Shown here one piece after another: positions 20,816 through 29,534 of a DNA stretch of 29,534 nt; the stretch's first letter is position 1, and every line of letters starts with the position of its first letter. The notes beneath the pieces were generated by a model, which had not been told where the DNA came from, made no database searches, and was given only the letters and a program-made list of their open reading frames with translations. A program made the translations under genes and the position numbers. The DNA is from Octopus sinensis (Eukaryota). The stretch is taken from contig NW_021832913.1 in assembly GCF_006345805.1 (NCBI RefSeq), positions 1-29,534 on the forward strand, in the 5' to 3' direction.

Positions 20816-23800
20816 GGACGGCAAAAACTGCTGGTTCGCCCAATCGACACCCCACCAGAACTTCAGGGGACTCAAAGAGAAGAGCTTTACTGAAGGAAGA
20901 CAAGAAATGTCTCCCAGGAAAACTTTCAGAAAGGAAGTATGCTCCTCAGATGTTCTGCGCAATGCAGCAGCTGAGCAAGAGTCTTTTTTATGCATGGCGC
21001 AAAGAATTGTCCGACAACTAACCTGGCTACACCAAGCACAGAGAAGGAACCCTGCCCACCACTATGCAAGACCACCACAGTCAACAGACACGGGATGGCC
21101 TCCCCTAACGCCTGCACAGCCGTCACCCTAATACTTTTACTAAATATTGGGGGCCTGTTGCATCAAAATAGAAACAAAATTTCTTTCCTGAGAGATCTTA
21201 CTGCATGCAATCAAGCCCTATGCATAGCACTTGTGGAAACTCACCTCAACCCTGATATAGAGGACGCAGAAGTACACATACCAAACTATGCCATACAGCG
21301 AACAGACAGAAGGGAAAGGAGCCATGGTGGAGTTGCTGTATACATCCGAGATGACCTCACACCCCAGATCTTAATGACATACTCAAATTCGGTATGTGAC
21401 ACTTTAATTGTATACATAAGACAACATAATATAGTCATATGCAATACATATTGCCCACCGGATGCTCCAAATCACACAGACAAGTTTGAAGATTGCCTCA
21501 CAAGAATTAAAGAAATCCTCATGAATCTGGAACACCATGTGACCATATTTCTTATGGGTGATTTCAACTTCTCCAACGTCAAATGGCCCGAAGGTCTCAT
21601 ACTCTCAGGAATGAATCATTGCAAGCAAGTACAGGTGGAGTCCCTGCTCAACCTCACCAACGCCTTATTCATGGAGCAAGTTGTACTCAAACCAACTAGG
21701 GTGAATAACATTCTGGATCTCTGCTTCATGAACAATATGGACATCATTCATGATGTGAAAGTGACACCGACATTAGTTTTGGATCACAACATAATAGAGC
21801 TGTCTATGTTTGGGCCAAAAGTAACCAGAGACATACAGCCTAAAGGAAGCACCCGAAATCTCTCCAATCTGAACTTCCACAAAGCAGATTGGAAATCAAT
21901 CCAAAAAGAGATCCTCAGAGAGGACTGGCCGCAATGTCTCTCCACACCAGACATTGACATGAAACTAGAATGTTTCATGTCTTCTGTGCAAGCCATATGC
22001 CAGAAATATGTCCCAGAGCACAAGGCCAAAACAAATAGGAGCAAGATTCCAAGAGACAGGAAGATCCTCATGAGACGACGGACGAAGGTTGCAAATCGTC
22101 TCAACCAACATCCCAAAGTAGCGAAATGTCCTGCCTAAAAACAACACTGATGGAGATCGAAAAAAGGCTGCAACAATCCTATGTGAAGGAGAAAGCAGAC
22201 AAAGAAGTCTGGGTTATAAAAAACATTAAATCAAACCCAAAGGCCTTCTTTCATTACGCAAAAGAAACAGTCTCAGTGCACTACAAGATAGGACCCCTCC
22301 TCCAAAAGGATGGCTCCCTCACAGACAGTCTAACTATGATCAGTGAGATGCTGAATGACCAGTTCAAAAGTGTCTTTACCACCCCGTTGGAACACAGACA
22401 AGTGAACGAACCAGTGGACGTCTTTGCCGCCTCACCTATAATCAGCGAGGCGGTTACAATAGAATGTATTGACATTAGCGAAAAAGATGTTCTTCTAGCC
22501 ATAGATGAAGTGGACACAAACTCAGCTGCTGGTCCAGACGGTTTCCCAGCCATCCTCCTCAAAGCGTGTAAACATGCCCTGGCAAAACCCCTCAAGATTC
22601 TCTTCCAGAGCTTTCTTGCGAATGGTAAACTGCCAAGCAAGCTGAAGGAGGGAATAATATGCCCAATACATAAAGGGGGAAGTAGAGCAGATGCCAAAAA
22701 CTATAGGCCTATCTCTCTGACTTCACACATCAGCAAAGTCATGGAACGGATAGTCAGAAAGAAACTAATCGCATTCCTTGAGGAAAATAACTTGCTGAGT
22801 AATACCCAGCATGGTTTTCGACCAGGTAGGAGCTGCCTGACCCAGCTCTTACAGCATTATGACTGGGTGTTGAGGCAGTTACTCAACAAATCAAATGTGG
22901 ACGGAATCTACCTCGATTTTGCAAAAGCTTTTGACAAGGTGGATCATGGTATGATATGCCACAAACTACGTGACCTCAGCATAGCTGGAAAACTTGCAGT
23001 GTGGTTGCATGACTTCCTGAAAGATAGGAGTCAGGCAGTAGTGGTTAATGGAGCCACCTCTATGAACACACAAATAGCGGTGTTCCACAGGGCACTGTCT
23101 TGGGACCACTGCTTTTTATAGTGGCCCTCTCAGATATGCCCTCAAATGCCCGGATAGCCACTCTGGCCAGCTATGCAGACGATACGAAAGTCTCACAGAA
23201 AATACAGAACCCCAGCGATGTTGCACACCTGCAGCAGGAGTTGGACTCAATCTACAGATGGGCTGAGGATAATAATATGCAGTTTAATGCTGAAAAGTTC
23301 CAGTCCCTGTGCAACCAGCATCCAAAACTGAATATTAAACTTACAGGATACACCGGTCCACAGGGAATTTCAATCCCAGAGCCTAAGTCTGTGAGGGACC
23401 AGGGTATCGACATGAGTGATGATACCTCTTTCCAAGTGCACATTACCAGGATGGCGACAAAGTGCAGACGACTGGCTGGGTGGATCCTAAGAACATTCAG
23501 AACCAGAGATAAGGAAACCATGATGGTCCTCTGGCAGACATTCATCCTCAGTCGCCTGGATTACTGCTCACAGCTATGGTCACCCACCAGTGTAAAATTA
23601 ACAGCGGACCCTGAAGCAATCCAGAGAAGATTCACAAAGAAGATCGTCTCTTTGCAACAGCTCAGCTACTGGGAAAGGTTGAAACAGCTAAGACTCTACC
23701 TCCCTGGAGAGAAGATGGGAGCGGTATGCAGTAACATATGTCTGGAAGATCCTGGAAGGAATTGTGCCAAATTTTGGCATTGTAAGCTGCACCAATGCTA

Positions 23801-24157
23801 AAACGGGACGACACTGCATAGTGCCAAAGATCCCAGCAATGCCATCACGCTTCAGGACCAGCTTCTGCAACAGCCTGGGTTTCAAGGGCCCACAGCTTTT
23901 TAATATTCTCCCAAAGAGTCTGAAAAACTTGCACAAAGTAGATGTAGCGGTTTTTAAATCAAAGCTGGACATCTTCTTGTCAAGAGTCCCAGATGAACCT
24001 ACCTCACGGCAAGAGGTGCAAATGAGAGTAGCTATATCAAACTCCATTCTTCACCAAGTGCCACATATTAGACAAGGTTTGTCGTAATAACAGTGTAGCA
24101 CAAAACGGCGGTGCAACAGCAGGGCCGCAGCTCTGAGCTGAAACTAGAAAAAAAAAA
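20816..24157 (+). mobile_element. CR1-like LINE C, 5'-truncated in ORF1, disrupted ORF2, complete 3' end
   Basis: ORF1 remnant GKNCWFAQ...SFLCM (to 21131); ORF2 pieces 20990-22138, 22126-23121, 23100-23801 and 23764-24087 with APE motifs and YADD; tail GGCCGCAGCTCTGAGCTGAAACTAG-A10. Confidence 0.93.
20984..20990 (+). promoter_or_regulatory. Putative -1 frameshift slippery heptamer T TTT TTA (LINE C)
   Basis: In phase with ORF1 (tcT TTT TTA). The -1 frame opens after TGA at 20972-20974 and continues into APE. Confidence 0.62.
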
Positions 24158-24189
24158 TACATATATATATATATATACATATATACATT

Positions 24190-25766
24190 CATTAAGTGAA
24201 GCTATATCCCCTTCTATTTCGTCAAAGGCTTCGAGTAGTATGTCTCTAAATCTCTGTCCATTTGCAGGATCTTTAAGCTTCCAGACCCTTCTCCTCCAAG
24301 CAGATCTTCTTCTGGGCAACCATTTAGCTCTGATCCTGAAGTCGCTAACTACTAATCTATGTTGAGGAGTGCATTCTTCGCCTGGAAAGGTTTTGGCATT
24401 TATAATCAGCCCTCTTTCCCTTTTTCTGGCAAAGATGTAGTCAATCTGGCTGGTGTGTCTGCCAGAACGGTAGGTGACTAGGTGAGAGGAGAGTTTCCTG
24501 AAGTTGGTATTGCAGACCATAAGGTCATTTGCATCGCAGAACTCCAGCAGCCTGGTTCCCTCCTCATTACGAGAACCAAAACCGTAGCCTCTCTGAACGC
24601 CCCCGACATGCCGACCAACATGTCCATTGAAATCACCTGCCACGAAGAGAAGGTCACTGTCATTTGTCAACGAGGTAGTTCGCAATAGGGTGTCATAGAA
24701 TTGGTCTTTTTGTCCTTCCGGTAGCCCTGGTTGAGGGGCATATGCCGAGATGATGGTAGCTGTCCTGTGGTGAAGGACTAATCTAATTTTAATTACTCTG
24801 TCACTTACTCTGACTACCTCAATTACCTTACCTACCCATTTCTCTGCAAGAAGTATACCCACGCCCCCGACCCCGTCAATGTTCCCTGCCCAGAAAATCT
24901 TGTACCTGTGTTCCTTGCCTGTGAGGAGCCTAGCGGAACCTCCTCACCACCTTACTTCCTGGATACAACATACATCCACACGTCTCCGTTCAAGCAGCTC
25001 TACAATCTCTCCAGACCTACCTTTCAATGTGCCAACATTGAGTGTGCCAACTCTGAGGGTGTGGGAGGTGTGGGCATCTGAGACCCTGGGATGAGGGGCA
25101 GCCGTGTCATGTACCTGAAAAAAAGCTTGCATTTGGCAGATTTCATATGGAAAACACTAGACTACAACCTGCATACATTTCACAATTTTTTGCGCTATAT
25201 GATCAGATAAACCTACATAGGTGCTAGTGGGGGTGGGGGTAGTTAAGTAAGACAGGGGTAGAACTTCCGGTATTTTAGGGGGTGGGAGGGCGGGCGAGAA
25301 CATAGAGGCAACTAGTTTGAATATTATATTTAGGGGAAAATAATTAGATAAATGAAATAGAGCCAGAGAGAGAATGAAAATAAATAATAAATACGGTATG
25401 ATATATGATACGAGGGGGCAATATTTTGAGGGATAATGGAATAAACAACGAAGATGGCACTGAAAGAAACGGTAAACTTTAAAAGAATGCATGAAGACGC
25501 CATGTTTTAGCGAAGGGAAACGAAAGGGGAACAGATTAAGGTATCTAAACAAACGCTTAAAAATATGAAAGTAGCAGTTGAAGTTTAAAGTCTTAACTGG
25601 CCATTTTGAAAATCCGTGTTTTCTCTGGAGGCGAAGCGAGTGAATGAGAGAGAGATACAATCGTCCACAGGTTTTTAAGGGAATTAGGATTTGTGTGTAT
25701 GTGTGGAGGGGGGCAGGAACACGAGGGGAGACAGAGCGAGAGAGAGAGAGAACATAGAGGCAACTA
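24190..25766 (-). mobile_element. RTE-clade 5' half (putative 5' UTR and APE domain), 3'-truncated
   Basis: ATG at 25132; RVGTLNVGTL, CCIQEVRW (premature TGA follows), SAYAPQ, AGDFNGHVG, QIDY and PQHRLV. Its end overlaps sequence homologous to positions 10-200. The 5' boundary is uncertain. Confidence 0.9.
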
Positions 25767-25835
25767 ATATGTGTATATATATATATATATATATACATAT
25801 ATGTGTGTGTATATATATATATATATCTATATATA

Positions 25836-25869
<34 letters not shown>

Positions 25870-25891
25870 GTGTGTATTTATAATATATATA

Positions 25892-25972
<81 letters not shown>

Positions 25973-26075
25973 ATATATATATATATATATATGTGTGTGT
26001 ATATATATATATATATTATATATATATGTGTGTGTGTAATATATATATATATATATGTGTGTATATATATATATA

Positions 26076-26119
<44 letters not shown>

Positions 26120-26123
26120 TATA

Positions 26124-26168
<45 letters not shown>

Positions 26169-26293
26169 ATATATATATATATGTGTGTATATATATATAT
26201 GTGTGTGTGTATATATACATATAATATGTGTATATATATATATATATGTGTGTGTATATATATATATATATATGTGTATATATATTATATATA

Positions 26294-26342
<49 letters not shown>

Positions 26343-26412
26343 ATATATAATATATATGTGTGTGTATATATAATATATTATGTGTGTGTATATATATATA
26401 TTATATATGGTG

Positions 26413-26449
<37 letters not shown>

Positions 26450-26498
26450 GTGTATATATATATCATATATATATAATATATAATATATATGTTATATT

Positions 26499-26536
<38 letters not shown>

Positions 26537-26580
26537 TGTTATATATATATATATATATATATGTGTAAGATATATATATA

Positions 26581-26667
<87 letters not shown>

Positions 26668-26685
26668 GTGTATATATATATATGT

Positions 26686-26756
<71 letters not shown>

Positions 26757-26876
26757 GTGGTGTGTGTATATATATATATATATATCTATATATATATTAT
26801 ATATAACAACACAATATATATATATATAATATATGTGTATATATATAATATATATATATATATAATATATGTGTGT
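25767..26876. repeat. 1.1-kb compound (TA)n/(TG)n microsatellite
   Basis: Read directly. Confidence 0.97.
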
Positions 26877-28878
26877 CATCATCATCATCATCATCATCAT
26901 TTAACGTCCGCTTTCCATGCTAGCATGGGTTGGACGGTTCAACTGGTGTCTGGGGAGCCCGAAGGCTGCACCAGGCCAGTCAGATCTTGCAGTGTTCTAC
27001 AGCTGGATGCCCTTCCTAACGCCAACCCCTCCGAGAGTGTAGTGGGTGATTTTATGTGCCACACGACACAGGTGCCAGACGAGGCTGGCGAACGGCCACG
27101 CTCGATGGTGTTTTTATGTGCCACCGACACAGGTGCCAGACAAGGCTGGCAGACGACCACGCTCGGATGTGTTTTATGTGCCACCGACACAGGTGCCAGA
27201 CGAGGCTGGCGAACGGCCACGCTCGGATGGTGTTTTTATGTGCCACCGACACAGGTGCCAGACAAGGCTAGCAGACGACCACGCTCGGATGTGTTTTTAT
27301 GTGCCACCGACACAGGTGCCAGACGAGGCTGGCGAACGGCCACGCTCGGATGGTGTTTTTATGTGCCACCGACACAGGTGCCAGACAAGGCTGGCAGACG
27401 ACCACGCTCGGATGGTGTTTTTTATGTGCCACCGACACAGGTGCCAGACGAGGCTGGCGAACGGCCACGCTCGGATGGTGTTTTTATGTGCCACCGACAC
27501 AGGTGCCAGATTAGGCTGGCGATCGGCCACGATTGGATGGTGATTGTTACGTGCCCTCAGCATGGAGGCCAGTTGGTGCAGTACTGGCTACGGCCACGTT
27601 CGGATGGTATTCTTGTGTGCCACCGGCACTGGTACCACAAAGATACAAATTCCATTGATGTTCATCTATTTTGATTTTGTTTGATTTTCACTTGCCTCAA
27701 CAGGTCTTCACAAGTGTCACAAGAAGGAAGGTATGCACAGGTGGACTGACTACGTCCCAGGTAGGGGCCACGGGTTATGGCCTGACTAGTCTTGCCGGGT
27801 CTTCTCACGCACAGCATACTTCCATAGGTCTCGGTCTCTAGTCATTTCCTTGGTGAGACCTAAAGTTCGTAGGTCGTGCTTCACCACTTCGTCCCAGGTT
27901 TTCCTGGGTCTACCTCTTCCACAGGTTCCCTCAACTGCTAGGGTGTAGCAACTTTGCACGCACTATCTTCAGCCATTCTCGTCATATACGACTACCAGCG
28001 CAGCCGTCTCTCTTGCACACCACAACTGACGCTTCTTAGGTTCAAACTTTTCTCTCAAGGTACTTACACTCTGACGATTATGACACTGACATTACAACAT
28101 CCATCGGAGCATACTGGCTTCATTTCTTGCGAGCTTACGCATATCCTCAGGCAGTCACGGCCCATGTTTCATCACTACCATGTAGCATGCTGTACGTACA
28201 CATGCATCATAAGTCTGCCTTTTACTCTGAGCGAGAGGCCTTTTGTCACCAGCAGGGGTAAGAGCTCTCTAAACTTTGCCCAGGCTATTCTTACTCTAGC
28301 AGTTACACTTTCAGCCACCACCCTACTTACTACTTGGTCTCCTAGGTAGTGGAAGCTATCAGCTACTTCTAGTTTGTCTCCCTGGAACGTGGTAGTAAGT
28401 TGGTCTCTGCACATTTCCAGTGTTTATTTCTCCTGAGCATCTGCCACATACGAAAACTATCTTCCCAGTTAGCCTACCTTTGACATTGCTGCACCTCTTA
28501 TGTGTCCATAGCTTACACTTGGTGCACTCATAGAGTTTCTACCTACACCTTTTCTACAGATCGAGCAGGGCCATCTACCTGAAGTCGTTTGTGGTTGGTC
28601 CACCTTCCTACTTATTAGGACTTTGGTTTTGGCTAGGTTGATTCTAAGGCCCTTCGATTCTAATCCTTGTTTCCACACCTGGAAAACTTCTCCTCCAGTT
28701 CTGATAGTGACTCAGCAATTAGAGCAAGGTCATCAGCTATAGGAGCTCCCAGGAGCATCCTGTCTTAAATTCTTCCGTTATTGCCTGGAGGACTATGATA
28801 AATAGGAGGGGGCTGAGGACTGAACCTTGGTGGACCCCAACCTCTACCCGGAATTCTTCACACTGTACTCGTTGCCAA
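26877..28878 (-). mobile_element. RTE-clade 3' half (late RT, PHD, C-terminus, 3' UTR array, (ATG)n tail), close relative of copy 1
   Basis: EEFRVEVGVHQGSVLSPLLF, WPCSICRKGVG and ADSFHYLG; collinear with ~1274-2970; (CAT)n at 26877-26900. Confidence 0.95.
27046..27630 (-). repeat. 60-63-bp tandem array in RTE 3' UTR (8 conserved and 2 degenerate units, ABABABA pattern)
   Basis: ATGTGCCAC at 27054, 27116, 27176, 27238, 27299, 27361, 27424 and 27486; degenerate cores near 27549 and 27615. Confidence 0.95.
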
Positions 28879-29534
28879 TATATATATATATATAGGTTAT
28901 AAAATGAGATAGGGGTTGAAAATTCACCCACCATGGGATAACATATATCCAATATACTGCTAGATAGGTACCACCCACAAGACTAATAACATAGATGTTA
29001 AAAATTGCCAAACATCAGTCATCTATTGTATTATAAGGGTAAAGGTAATAATATTACCGTAAATTAATACTACAAAATTAGAAATGGAGAACATACTTAA
29101 ATCAATAAAACATCAACTATCAGATGATACCCAATCAATACTTTATTGCACCATTACATATCAGTAAAGACTATAGACTAAATATATAAGGCTGGTAATA
29201 TTATAAAAGCCAAATGTTTGTAAATGAAAAGGTTTATCAGTAAATAGCATAAGATACAAATTAAGGTGAGTACAAAGAAAGACCAAATATACAATATACT
29301 AATATAAACCTGCCAAATAAACACATACAAAAAACCTATATTCTCAACCTAACAAACAAACTCACCTCACAACAGGCTCTCATATATTACATATTAACAC
29401 ATAGCATTACATATCTAGAGCTAGGTATCTAACCAAGACATACATATACACTATGCAATATTAGAAAACTTCAAAATCACATATTACAAGGCAAATACCA
29501 AAATGAATATGTTATTTCATGTCATATTGCATTC

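Noticed and set aside
19829-20995. 388-aa minus-strand ORF as a novel fusion gene
   Set aside because: Chance read-through from the antisense of LINE C into the APE domain of LINE A; it ends at a frameshift.
18967-24157. Twin-priming 5' inversion of a single LINE
   Set aside because: A and C cover the same domains, differ substantially in sequence and each has its own 3' tail, so they are two elements.
25684-26900. Long Y/I/C/V-rich ORFs
   Set aside because: Translations of (TA)/(TG) microsatellite.
24190-28878. One RTE element split by the 1.1-kb microsatellite
   Set aside because: The order on the minus strand is 3' half then 5' half, and the middle of the ORF is absent, so they are separate copies.

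Overview
Eukaryotic, repeat-saturated genomic DNA. The SINE families, (ATG)n-tailed RTE elements and very long (TA)/(TG) tracts suggest a coleoid cephalopod such as Octopus (recognition, not a database result). Only one host coding segment is supported: a 273-bp phase-1/phase-1 Ig-like exon on the minus strand (7434-7706), so the rest is probably intronic. The rest is mostly nested mobile DNA: four RTE-clade LINE pieces plus an isolated tail, three CR1-like LINEs (a near-intact one inserted into an older one, and a third abutting head-to-head), three tRNA-type SINEs, a mariner remnant split by a non-autonomous Helitron, and a Penelope-like (RT + GIY-YIG) fragment. The most striking observation is that two divergent CR1-like elements carry the same U_UUU_UUA slippery heptamer, in phase with ORF1, at the start of the ORF1/ORF2 overlap. 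In the near-intact copy ORF2 has no AUG upstream of its endonuclease motif, which suggests retrovirus-style -1 ribosomal frameshifting in a LINE. Other points of interest are a PHD finger embedded in the RTE reverse transcriptase, a variable 62-bp array of putative pseudoknots in the RTE 3' UTR, a SINE/LINE shared 3' hairpin with compensatory changes, and degenerate hammerhead ribozymes. Boundaries were read by eye and may be off by several bases.
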